Origin: Schmidtea polychroa
Lineage: Eukaryota
Length of the DNA stretch: 64,000 bases
Assembly (NCBI GenBank): GCA_044892525.1
Contig: CM097885.1
Coordinates: forward strand, 222,146,001-222,210,000
Reading direction: 5' to 3'
The translations under genes and the position numbers were made by a program. Within the stretch, counting starts at the first letter, position 1. Each line of letters opens with the position of its first letter. The notes under the pieces are model-generated. The model made no database searches. It saw only the letters and a program-made list of their open reading frames with translations, and was not told where the DNA came from. This document shows, piece after piece, positions 1-12,188 of the stretch.

Positions 1-554
1 ACTTTAAAAGTATGACTACTAACTTAAAGTAGGTGAAATACACACACGCTATATATTTTCAATAAATAGTCTTACTCAAAGTCAAAATTTATATAACGAC
101 ACACGCTGATATATTCTTAATCAACATGTATTTGTTTAACAAGGACATGTGCAAAACGAATGCTTTATTTTGATTAGTCTATGGTTATTTAAATAAACAA
201 ATCTTTCAAAAAATCATTATGAAAATGTTGCAAACTAAATTTTACATAAATATCTTGAATGCATTGATTACTAATAATGGAAACAATGAGGTCATCAATA
301 ACCTATTACATCTCGTCAATCGCCGTCAATCAATAGAGAATTTAATCGAAAAATTTCCTCTGGAATATTCTTACATTTTTTAATTTGAAAACAATCGATC
401 AAAAGAAAAATTCGTTCAAAGGAATATTTGAAGAATAATTTATAATAATATTAAATGGACTCGTAGGTTTATCAATCATGAACCAAATTATGAAGAAATC
501 TTACTCGGATTTTGAAAACTATTTTTAAGGGTCTGTAGAGGTAAACTATTTTTA

Positions 555-555
<1 letters not shown>

Positions 556-630
<75 letters not shown>
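556..630. repeat. (ATT)n microsatellite
   Basis: Uninterrupted ATT run of roughly 25 units. Confidence 0.95.
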
Positions 631-631
<1 letters not shown>

Positions 632-633
<2 letters not shown>

Positions 634-1506
634 AAGCAAGGTAAAATATGGATACCATCATACAGAAGATGATAAAAGAAGTACATGTATTACTGTGCCA
701 TGCAGGTACACAGAAAGTAACGAAATATATCCAGAATAATTTCGACATAGAAATCTAGCAACGGAAGTAAAAAGGATAATTGAGAACTGCGAAAAATGTC
801 TGAAAATGAAAACGATAATAACTAAGACAAAGGAGCAAACTCAAACAATAAAGAGTACTGAACTATTCGAGAAGATATATATGGACATATGTGGGCCATT
901 GAAAGAAACGTTCAATATAAAGAAATATATTTGCAGAATCATTGACCACTATAGTCAATACTTCTCATTAACGGCCATAAACAAGCAAGACGGAAAACAA
1001 TTAGTGAGACTTTATTAAAGAGATGGATATTAAAGTTTGGAGCTCTAGAAGAATTTCATGTAGATTGTGGGAAGAACTTTGAAGCAAGAAGTATTAAAGA
1101 ACTAGCAAAGACAGCTGGTATTGAATTAATCTTCTAAAGCTCATATCACCACAACACGAACGGTATTATTGAAAGACAGTTCAGAACAATAAGAGAGTAT
1201 ATTATCGCGTCATTGAATGAAGGAGGAAGAAAAAACTGGGCTGATTTAGTACCAGAAATAGAATATACTTTAAATGTAACAGTTCAAAAAACAACGGGAG
1301 TAAGTCCAGCAGAAATTATATTTGGAAGGAAAATCGACAGAATGAAATGGTACACGAATAAAGGAATATGTAGAGAGGATGTGGAAAAGAGAATAGAGGA
1401 TAAAACACTAATGCCAAACGGAAGCAAAACAGTGAGAAACTTAGAAATTGGAGATATGGTTTTGATCGAACAAGAAATTAGAAATAAAGAAGAAGCAAGG
1501 TGGTGA
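632..1506 (+). pseudogene. Ty3/gypsy LTR-retrotransposon integrase remnant (frameshifted, with stops)
   Basis: Translated pieces give an HHCC-like zinc-binding region (HVLLCHAG...CEKCLK), the catalytic core start (FEKIYMDICGPL...IIDHYSQY), HVDCGKNF, NTNGIIERQFRTI and the post-core TGVSPAEIIFGR motif; several frame breaks. Confidence 0.85.
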
Positions 1507-1522
1507 TGGGCTAGAAACCATA

Positions 1523-2420
1523 CACCAAACACCACTGAGATGCATTTCCTATAATATAACAAAAAAATCAATAATCTTACATTATAGAAACATACATACT
1601 TACTTTGATTTCACGTTGATGTTCTCATTTATAGCTCAATGAGATACATCTTATATTATAGAAATCTGAAAAGTGGAAGGAAAATTAAAATATGCACACA
1701 AGCACAAACCATAATAAAAAACACATACAAACTTTTGATTCGTAAAATTGTAACGATGAGATACGTTTCTATAATAATTCTATTTTAGACAATTTTTAGA
1801 AAAAAAAGATCGTTGAAAATTTTTTAAATTATATTTTTAATGAAAATATCAAGAGCAGATGAATTTGGTTCAAAATCTTTTTACTCCAGATTTGATTTCC
1901 TTTAAGAATCCCCTCATATTGAGCTCAGAAAAAAAATTACAAAAATTAAAAAAATTATTCTAATCAGCGATTTTTCCCAAAATGTTTTAAAAAAATACAT
2001 TGATTGATTTATTTATTTAATTAATTATAATTAAAAATATATCGGACTCACATTTTTTCGAAATAATTCCAAAATACTTTAATAAAAGATATAAAATTCC
2101 TAAAAAATGCCTGAAAATTAATTAAAAATAATTTATAATTATATTGTTGATTAAAATAATATTTAAGAACTTGAATAATGATCTCATATCCATATGGATC
2201 AAAATTCAAGTCTTAAAATTTACTTTAAATTTAATATCTTACCTGAAAACCATTTCTAAAATGGCTAAAATAAATTTCATGATGTAAAACATACGTAAAA
2301 CAAATTACTGACAACTTTGCTAAACAACAATTTATCATCAACATCAGTAAATTGGTGAGTGAGCAATCGCTCTACACGCAAACCACCACTATAGAGAATG
2401 TATCTCAGTGGGGTTTGGTG
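1523..2420. mobile_element. Non-autonomous TIR element (MITE), copy 1, flanked by TA
   Basis: Begins CACCAAACACCACTGAGATGCATT and ends AATGTATCTCAGTGGGGTTTGGTG; TA on both sides; a closely similar second copy lies at 39565-40455. Confidence 0.85.
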
Positions 2421-3809
2421 TAATTGGTGAATTATCAGTTTATGTCTCGCGTCTGTGTGCGTTTTCTGCTTTTGACATTGGATTGAGTTGTATGCACACA
2501 CAGACGCGATCAGTGTAATATTTTGGAATTTTGTAACTTGTGAGTTTTTTATTAAATGGAATTTAATTGATTTGTTTTTTAGAATTTTTAATTGCTCCAA
2601 TTTGTTTTAAAAAGTGGATTGACCTTCATCCCCTAACGACAAATGAATGTGTGTTGACCTAGTCGATGGCTCAACAGTACTTTAAATAATTTATAATAAT
2701 TAATAATGATTTGTCTTAATTTTATTATATTTCGCTTTATTTATTTAATCCCCTTTTTATTATAACGTTAAGTGTATGATAAAATTTATTTAATAAAACA
2801 TTCAAAAAATCATGTCTGTACATAAAAATTAATCAACAGTTAAAGACTGAAGACTAAAAATTGATAAAAAATACATTCATAAACAGTTAAAGAATGAAGA
2901 ATAAAAATAATCAATTGTCGATAAAAATAAATACTTAAATGATATTCAATTAATTGTCATAAAGGATTATAGTTAATACGTGATTGTTTCTGAATGAATA
3001 TTGTCTGGATTGTTGCTGAATGATCCTTTCTTAGGTATATATATTAACCCTATATTTTCTAGGCCCCGTCTTGTAGTGAATTGTATTGATGGTGAATGTG
3101 TTGATGTACCTTTCCTCATCATCCAACAAAATGAAAGATTTTATTAATTTTATTCTACCTAACAATCATCGTACTTACTGAAATTCATAAAGGAGTTTAA
3201 GTTACAAATTCATTTTATTCTAAACTTATTTTTTTGGTATATTTAGTTGGTAGATAGTGGCCCCTGCCGCAATTACTTTAAAAGATTTAAATTTCTAAAT
3301 GTAATTTGATAAACATAAAAACACATGTAAATTTTTCTACATTTATTAATTGAGTTCGTATCACAACAAACCAAAATAAAATTTATACCTATAACATAAA
3401 ATAACTAAGAAAGAAGAATTGCTAGGATAAAAATGAAAAGAGAATTATTCTTTAAACTTAGATAAAATTAAAAAAAATAATTAAAATTTATTTATTTCAA
3501 TTGATTTATTCAATCTAAATCAATTATCTACTAGATCTTTTTTCAAAATTCTTATTAATTTATTATCTTAGTTGATTCAACTTGAATGATCAGTATTTTT
3601 TTATTTACTGGATGATTAATGATTAAAATTTAAAGCTCTTTCTTGTCCATTAATTAAATTTTTATGATATTTATTTTGAATAATTTAAATTTTTACAATT
3701 ATTTAAACAATTTTTATCAAGTTATTGATGCCTTGAGTTAAATTAATTTTTCATCCAATTTTTCAAGTGAAGAGTATTTTCTTTTAAAGATCTATTTGTT
3801 AATACATAG

Positions 3810-4270
3810 TTGCTGGTTGTTAGTACTTGGTACTTGGTATCTGATTAATAGAGTTTAGTTGTAGATAATGACCGGAAGATATTGTATGTAATGAAGATTA
3901 TTTTGTATTTAATTGCTTTTATTTTTATGTGTTGTTAGTTGATTGTTGTTACTTGGTATCTAGTTGATAGTATTTTGCTGATAGTGCTTGGTAACTTGTT
4001 ATAAGTACTTGACTGCTAGCGTTTAGTATTTTGTTGTAAGTACTTGGTATCTAGTTGAAAAATATGTGTTCGTAAGTTACTGGTAGATGATACTAAGTTG
4101 TTGGTATCTTGTTATAAGTACTTGGTATTTAGTTGTAGGTTGAAAAATATGTGCTCGTAAGTTCCTGGTAGATGATACTAAGTTGTTGGTATCTTGTTGT
4201 AAGTACTTGGTTGTAGGTTGATATTTGTTAATTTCTCGATGGAGTTTGATGGTGGTTGGTAGTATCTAGT
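3810..4270. repeat. Degenerate short-unit satellite (GGTACTTG / GTATCTAGTT motifs), module A
   Basis: Repeated AGTACTTGGTATCTAGTTG-type words; recurs at ~4740-4845 and ~5455-5630, and on the opposite strand at 39394-39560 and ~40460-40585. Confidence 0.8.
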
Positions 4271-4844
4271 TAATGGGTAAGTGGAGGGGGGTTGAATGTT
4301 ACCAATCCCCTTACGACCAGTACCTTTACGATTAATATCATTACGACCAGTACCCTTATGACTAATACCCTTAGGGGGTCAAAACATCCTGTCGGATAAA
4401 CTCAGACTATATATAATAAAGCTAATCGATAATAACTATTTATTGAATGCCATTTTTACATTGCAATAATAAGTCAGTAGTAATCAATTAAAAAGAGAAT
4501 GTTTTGTAAATTAGAATTTTAGTCTTTCATTGTAATTTTATTTAAATTATTTTGATTACCGCGGGGTTTTTTAAAGTAATTGAGTTGTCAATTATTTATT
4601 TTTGCTGAAAATCAAACATTTTTGTTAAATTTAGACATTTAGAAAATGATTTTTCTACTGATTGTAATTAAAATATATTTTTGAAGATAGATAAAAAATT
4701 AATTTAAAAAAGCATTTCATAAAAAAAATGAAGAAGATTTAGTTAGTTGTTAGTACTTGGTTGTTTTTACTTGGTTGATAGTACATGGTACTTGGTAGCT
4801 GGTTGTAAGTACTTGGTATCTCGTTGTAAATACCTGATGGTTGA

Positions 4845-4879
<35 letters not shown>

Positions 4880-4892
<13 letters not shown>

Positions 4893-6050
4893 ATTCCATT
4901 AAAATTTTCATTTGACTTTGAAAATTATTTCATTGAAATTAACTTAAAAAATTAATCCATTAAAATTTCTATTAAAAATTGATTTTAATAAATATTCCAT
5001 TTAAATTTTCATTAAAAATTACATTTCTCAAAAAAGTTGGTGGTTATTCAATCTTTTGATAATAAATTTAAAAATCTTATTTTAATTTACTTATTACATT
5101 ACTTATTTAAAAATCATTACTGTAATTTACTTATTTAGCTTTAATTTAAAATTTGAACCACTGGTTACTTAATTTTATCCTTTATTTACCTAATTATTCT
5201 TTATTACTTAATTTTACACCTTAATTTACTTAACAATATAACCCTTATATAAATATAACCCTTATTTTCATATTTAAACAATAATTTCATGTGGTAATTG
5301 AATAATTGATGAAGATTTGCATCTAAAATTAACATTGAAAATCCCAGAAAAACCTTCATCTTAAATTGACTTTAACTTTAATATTTTAGATCATTGATTA
5401 CTTAATTTAAAAATTAAACATTAGTTTGCTTATTTAACCAATAATTTCATGTGGTCATCTGGTTGTAAGTACTTGGTATCTAGTTGTAAGTACTTGGTAT
5501 CAGGTAACTGATTGTTAGTAACTAGTTGTAGGTATCTGGTTGTAAATACATGTTCGTAAGTTACTGGTTGTTGGTACTAAGTTGTTGGTATCTTGTACTT
5601 GGTAGTTGGTATCTGATTGTTTGTTTGTTGTTGAATTATTATTATTAAAATTTGTCTTTAAAAATTATTTCATAAAAATTTTCATTAAAAAATTTCAATT
5701 CTCAAACACCTACTATTATTCCAACTATTTGTTAATAGATTTAAAAATCTTACTTTAATTTACTTATTACATTACTTTAATTTACTTATTTAAAAATTAT
5801 TACTTTAATTTACTTATTTAAAAATTAATACTTTAATTTACTTATTTAACTTTAATTAAAAATTTTTGACCATTGATTAATTAATTTTAAAATTTGGACC
5901 TTAATTAACTTTAATTTAATTTTTTAGAAGCTTAATTTAGTTATTTGAGCCCATTCATTACTTTAATTTAAAATTTTGGACCTTGATTTACTTTCATTAA
6001 AAATTTGAACCATTATTTACTTTAATTTAAAAATTTGAACCTTAATCGCG
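4880..6050. repeat. AT-rich ~30 bp degenerate tandem repeat (TTACTTTAATTTAAAATTTGGACC-like), module B
   Basis: Internally repetitive; the CTCAAACACCTACTATTATTCCAACT segment near 5700 appears reverse-complemented near 16950-16985. Confidence 0.7.
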
Positions 6051-6396
6051 GAACACGGGTTGAGAACCATTTATGTAAGCACTTTACCATGGGTCAAAAC
6101 ACATCTGATGGAGTGGTCTTTGCCTAGCGGTCTTTTTTGCACAAACTTAAATGTTATTCAAATTATTTTTTTATCAAAACAATTTTTTGTAATTCATTGT
6201 GTTAGTTTTTTTAAATTGTTGGTAAATTAAATTAACCATTTAAAGTTTGTTTTTATAATGGTTTTATATTTGTATGGTGTAATATAATTTGTTTTTTATA
6301 ATAATAATTATTTAAAAATTATTAATGAAATATTGTTTTAATAATAATTAATTTAGTTTTACTTTTTTTAATTAAAATATTTTGAATATCGTGATT

Positions 6397-8402
6397 ATGG
6401 TTATTAAATTGCTAGTCAAAAATTTTCCAAAACATTCGAAAGCAGTTAGTTATTATTTTGCTAATTATTTTTTATTTTAAATTAAAAAGAAAGAAATCAA
6501 AGAATTTTTTGTTGGATGTCATATTTCGTTTCTGAAAATTAAAAATAATGGTTCTGGCCATATTGAAGTTAGAAATGAAGAAAGCGCCAAAGAAGCTTTA
6601 AAAAAAAATTTTTCAGAATTTAAAAAACACAAAATAACTGTTAAACTATTTAAAGAAAGTCAACCAATTTTAACAAATAAAAAGAATATTAAAGAAAGGC
6701 CCAAACAATTTCCAAATGTTAAGGAGGACGATATTATTGAAAAAATCAACGATGTAATAAAAATTTTATATATTTTTATTAACCATTGTTTTAGACTGGG
6801 AGATTGTATGTGAGAAATTTGAATTATGACGTTACCGAAGCTGATATTGTTGAGATGTTTAAGGAATTTGGTAAGTTTTATTACACAAATTCGACTAATT
6901 ATCTTTAAGTTATAATAAAATTTTATATAATTTTAATTACTAAACTTTTCCTCAGGTGATTTAGCTGAGGTTCATTTACCATACGATTTTAATTTAAAAC
7001 GGCCAATGGGATACGCATTTGTTAGTTATTTATTACCTAAAGATGCCGTAAAAGCATTCAAAGCATTGAATAAAGTACCATTGAAGGTGAAACTAGATTA
7101 CTATAATTTTAAAATTCAAAATATTGGAATCAGGATAGGAAAATCCACATTTTACCCGGAGATGAAAAACCCGATGGACAGAAATGTAAAGGGGTATTAG
7201 AACATGAAACAGAAGAGAATAAAAATTTCAAAGAAGACAAACAGGACAAATTGAAAGCATCTGCCAGCAGTGGTCACAATTGGAATGCTTTATTTGTCAA
7301 CTCAGACGTTGTCGCACAATATCTAGCCGACCAGTTGAATATATCGAAAAACGATTTATTTGGCGATGCCTTTAAGGTGACTATAAGAGGATTATCAATT
7401 GGGTTTTATGTCGGATTAAGGGCTCGGTGGCAGTAAAATTGGCACAGGCGGAAATCCAGCTTGTTTCGTTGGTACAGAAATTCCTCACGGATAACCACAT
7501 CCGATTGGATGTGCTACAAAATATCACCGATCGTGGTCCGAAGGATAAAGGAAATGTCAATGTCACATTTGCACTGTCATCAACAGCTTTTATTGTGAAA
7601 AATCTCTCGCCTGGTGTCACAAAAGAAGATCTGGAAGCTGTTTTCAATGAGTATCCGGGATTGGAAAAAATTCTTTTACCTCCATATGGTGTGACTGCGA
7701 TCGTGTGCTATCAGTTATCGCAACACGCTAAGACAGCCTATTTGAACTGCGCATACATGCCGGTAAGTAAATTGATTATTCACATACCGGATATCCCTTT
7801 CCATCAGCTGATTTATCACTAAATTAAAATTTAAGTCTTTAAAATTAAAAAAAAGAATTAAAAAAACATGCTACTATTTATAAAAATATCAGTAGTATAT
7901 TTTTAAATCTCTCATTTCATAAAGATAATTTGTTTCTATTATAACTTTTAATAACGGCTAACTTGTGATAGTAGGAACACGATAGGAAGTCTATTTGGCG
8001 AATCAACATTTGGATAAAATTATATATTACTTACAATAATCAGCAATATATACACAATTTTATCATTATTAACATCCAAGTCTATATTAACTGGTCAAAA
8101 TTATTGGGAGAATAACAAGTTTAGCGACTTATTTTATTAATTATTTAAATAATGTTATTTAATATTTTCTAAATATTGTGCTAATATAATTAAATATTAT
8201 AGAATTACAAGACATAATTATAATGTAATCATTAGCATGTATCATTAATTATTTTGCAAGACCAAGAAATGGAGAGAATTATATATTACTTATAAAAGTC
8301 AGTAATACCTACATAATTTAATTATTTTGTTAATATGTTTAATATATAAATATAAATTTCGTAAAAATTAAAATTTATATTTATAGTCAATAAGAAATAT
8401 AA

Positions 8403-8463
<61 letters not shown>

Positions 8464-9364
8464 ATGCGTATTATATATTAAATGCATTAGTTTGAAATTA
8501 AACTATTTTATAAAAATAGTATTACTGATAAATGTAAGTAGTATATTTCTGATTAATTCGAAAAAAAACTTTTTATGTGTTTTGATAAGTCCAGATGTTA
8601 CAAACAATTAATACAATAGTCAGATATATACATTTTTATTATTTTTACTTTAAACACAAATACATAACACGAGTAAAAATAAAAAATTGTTCTACTTACT
8701 ATAATCAGTAATATATTATCATCAAAATTTATTATATTATTTTTCTTGACATTTGATTGGTTAGTCAATTATTTTCAACCCTGTACTGCTGTTGTAATTG
8801 ATAAATATTTAGTTCCAAGATAGTGTGATGATGCTCCAATGGGCACCGTTGGAAATGTTCCGATCGGAACAAACAGAAGTAAAAGTAGAAATTTCTGTTC
8901 CTGTACTGAAAGAAGTTCAAATTGAACCGTTGACGAAAGCAGAAAGAAAGAAACAGCGACGAGAACAAGAGCGAATAGAACGAGAGTAAAAGTGTTATTG
9001 GTGCAAATTTATTGATTGCTGGTTAATTGTTAGAAATGAGGAAAAGCGATTGAAATTAGAAGAAACCGAACAGAAATTGACATCAGCCCCAGAGCCAGCA
9101 AACGAATTGGTGAAACGAAGCACGAAAATTATCGTTAAGAATATTCCGTTCCAGTCGACACAGAAAGAGCTGGAAACTTTGTTTAGTGCATTCAATGGGA
9201 TTATCGCTGTCAGGATGCCTAAGAAAACATCAGGAGGACACAAGGGATTCGCTTTCATCGAGTTCGAGACTGAAGATCAAGCACAGAGTGTCATGGACAT
9301 GATGAGTGCTAGCACGCATTTATTAGGCAGGAGGCTGATTCTTTTATATTCGGAAACTGCTTAA
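6397..9364 (+). CDS. RBM19: RNA-binding protein 19 / Mrd1-like ribosome biogenesis factor, multi-exon
   Basis: Manual splicing from ATG 6397 gives MVIKLLVKNFP..., TGRLYVRNLNYDVTE, GYAFVSY, the family linker SGHNWNALF...GSVAVKLAQAE, TAFIVKNLS, MLQWAP and the terminal RRM TKIIVKNIPFQ...HKGFAFIEF...STHLLGRRLIL. Short GT-AG introns plus one ~1 kb intron (7766-8810). Confidence 0.9.
8405..8462. repeat. (AT)n microsatellite in the long RBM19 intron
   Basis: Pure AT dinucleotide run. Confidence 0.9.
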
Positions 9365-9427
9365 ATTATATTCTAAATGCTTTCGTGTTCTTTTATTTAT
9401 TTTCCACTTTGTCATAGACGGTTTAGA

Positions 9428-9840
9428 TTGACTCATTATACATCCACCAATCACAACTGACTCATTATACATCCACCAATCACAACTGACTCATTATACA
9501 TCCACCAATTACAACTGACTCATACATCCACCAATCACAACTGACTCATTATACATCCACCAATTACAACTGACTCATTATACATCCGCCAATCACAACT
9601 GACTCATTATACATCCACCAATCACAACTGACTCATTATACATCCACCAATCACAACTGACTCATTATACATCCACCAATCACAACTGACTCATTATACA
9701 TCCACCAATCACAACTGACTCATTATACATCCACCAATCACAACTGACTCATTATACATCCACCAATTACAACTGACTCATACATCCACCAATCACAACT
9801 GACTCATACATCCACCAATCACAATTGACTCATTATTATA
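9428..9840. repeat. 29 bp minisatellite, ~14 copies (ACTGACTCATTATACATCCACCAATCACA)
   Basis: Period of 29 read directly; a few 26 bp variants lack TTA and some have CAATTACA; no spacers. Confidence 0.95.
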
Positions 9841-10257
9841 CACCCGCTTTAACTATTTGTATCTAGCCATTTTAGAAATGGCTTTCAAGTAATTTTTCTT
9901 TTATTTAAAGTAAACTTTAAGACTTGAATATTGATCCATATAGATATGAGATCATTATTTCTACCTCATTATTCTATTTTTATCGACATTTATACACAAT
10001 TAATTTGCATGGATTTTTTACTTTTTGTTGTGTTTGTGTGTGTCAGTTTATTTTTTCTACCAGTTTCTCACTTTCTATATTAAATGCGTTCATTCATTTG
10101 AACGATAAAAATCAACACACAGGTAAGCTTGTATGTTTATATAATATACACATAAGGATTTTTTGTTTTCTAGGTGCGTTTATTGAGTGCAAATGAGTGT
10201 ACATCAACTCGTACTGAAAACTATATTGCAGAAAACGAGGCCCACATGATTATTTAA

Positions 10258-11250
10258 CACATTTTTTGGCGGAGTTGTGCTGTCAGTAATTCATCTCAAA
10301 TATTTTAACATTATGAAAAAATAATAAAACAATAAAAATAATAATAAAAAACAAAACAATAAACCAAAAAAAATTATTCGATTTTTAATCATGTCAGTAA
10401 TTCATCTCAAATATTTTAACATTATGAAAAAATAAAAGTAGCAATCATAAAACTAATAATGTTTTAAAGTGTGGTAACGTTCAAAACAATTTCTTCGATG
10501 AAGAGGCACACAGCAACACTTGCATATGTAAGATCTTTCACTTCGCACTTTTTTTGCAGCACACACACGACATTTTCTTTGCGGCTTTTTCTTCATCCCA
10601 ATAACAACAATTTTCTCTAAAATATGTTTCCGCATATCCATTTCAGGAGGGTCTTGTTTAGGTGCTATAAAACAATAAAACATTGATCGTCAAAAACGGT
10701 TCGAAATAAAACGAAACAAAATTTCTGTTTTTTATTCTTGTTTTGTTGCGTACAGACAAGTACAAACCCTTTTTCTTTTTGTTTTTTGTTGATGAGAATT
10801 TTTAAGTAGACATTGAAAATTAAAAATATCGAAAGGTCTAAGCAACAGTATAGTAAGTCAAGATACAATGTTGTTGATGTAATTACAGAACTCGATATGT
10901 TAAAGACGTGTTCCATATTGTGTCCAAATTACAAATCGATATCTATAAAATTGTGGATTTTATAAGCATTTGAAAATATTTAATGAGTGTGAATTATATG
11001 GGCTGTATCCTGACTATAAAACTAAGTCGACTCTGATACAAATTTTGAATGTAAAAATTTATGAGAAAAATTGCTCTCTTGAAAATTAATGTTTTCGACT
11101 TACAATAGTGTTGCTTGGGACCGCCGATAAACTGATTTTTCCTACTTGATTATAGTACTATAGTATTATACTACCCGTACTATAGTACGGGACCCGCGCT
11201 CATGTAAACACGTCAAAAAACTTACTAGTACGTGTCCCGTATACAATGTG
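10258..11250 (-). mobile_element. Internally deleted piggyBac element retaining the C-terminal cysteine-rich domain
   Basis: TTAA-CACATT...AATGTG-TTAA ends; the minus-strand ORF 10453-10683 has RKCRVC...YICKCCCVPLHRRNCFERYHT, typical of piggyBac C-terminal domains. Confidence 0.7.
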
Positions 11251-11379
11251 TTAAAATATAACTCCCCGTATATCCATGGTGAATAACCAATATCAAATAA
11301 TAATGATATTAATAATAATTTGAGTGTAATGATAACAGTCCGATATTAACAACACTATTAATAATTATCTATTATTAGA

Positions 11380-11735
11380 TGCAGCATGGGCACCATTTAA
11401 ATTAAGGTTGCGAGCCGTACAAGGTACAAATATCGCCAAATTATTGATTTGAAAAATACGTGCTCTTACACCTTTGTATTTTCTAGACACATTAGCATCC
11501 TTGTAGTCTAGCATCATGAATATCTAATTTATCATTCTGCTAGTTTATTTAAAATTTCCGTAGCTAAACCTTCACCGGTCTTGTCTTGTGATTCAATAAA
11601 ATCAATGAAGCTCTCTTCAATCGTCACTTTAGAATTAACATTTCTTTGATGAATCAGGAGTGCAGTCGAATAAAATAGTGTATTATTTTGCTTTCTTAAT
11701 TCTTGATATAATTTGATTTCTAGTTTTATCACCAA
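11380..11735 (-). pseudogene. hAT (ZMYM1-like / DUF4371) transposase fragment
   Basis: IEESFIDFIESQDKTGEGLATEILNKL followed by ANVSRKYKGVRARIF...FVPCTARNLNL, a decayed CxxH motif. Confidence 0.75.
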
Positions 11736-12188
11736 TCAATTTTATTATTTCTTTTGGAATAGCTGGAGTCTTTTTGGTTTTTCAATACAATCTTTAAAAG
11801 CAGCGGGGTCGCTACCCCAATTGAAGTCGATAAAGTTTTTTATGGGGTCGCGAAAAATTCCCAGTTTAAAATAACTACGCTAAAATTTCTATCTATGACT
11901 TAAATTAAAATGTTTTCACTAGTCTTATTGTGACATTCCACAATCCACAAAATAATTTTGTAGTCAGATCGTTTTCTTTTATATTTATATACATTTTCGT
12001 GGTTTTTCATTTAACAATCTTGTGTCGATATACGTTTTCTAATGACATTTATTTTATTTATTGAATCCAAAATCAATCATTTTGACATTAATAGTTGTCA
12101 AAAATTTATTATAGATGTTTGCTATTTTTTATGTGCTGGTGATACGTTTGCTGGTAATCAAAAAAAAGAAATTCAATTAACTTATTAA

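Noticed and set aside
9428-9840. CRISPR array (29 bp repeat length)
   Set aside because: Units are directly adjacent with no unique spacers, no cas genes are present, and the context is eukaryotic with introns.
10080-10257. Small spliced gene next to the deleted piggyBac (GTAAGC...TTCTAG intron-like segment)
   Set aside because: Only two very short putative exons with no recognisable product.
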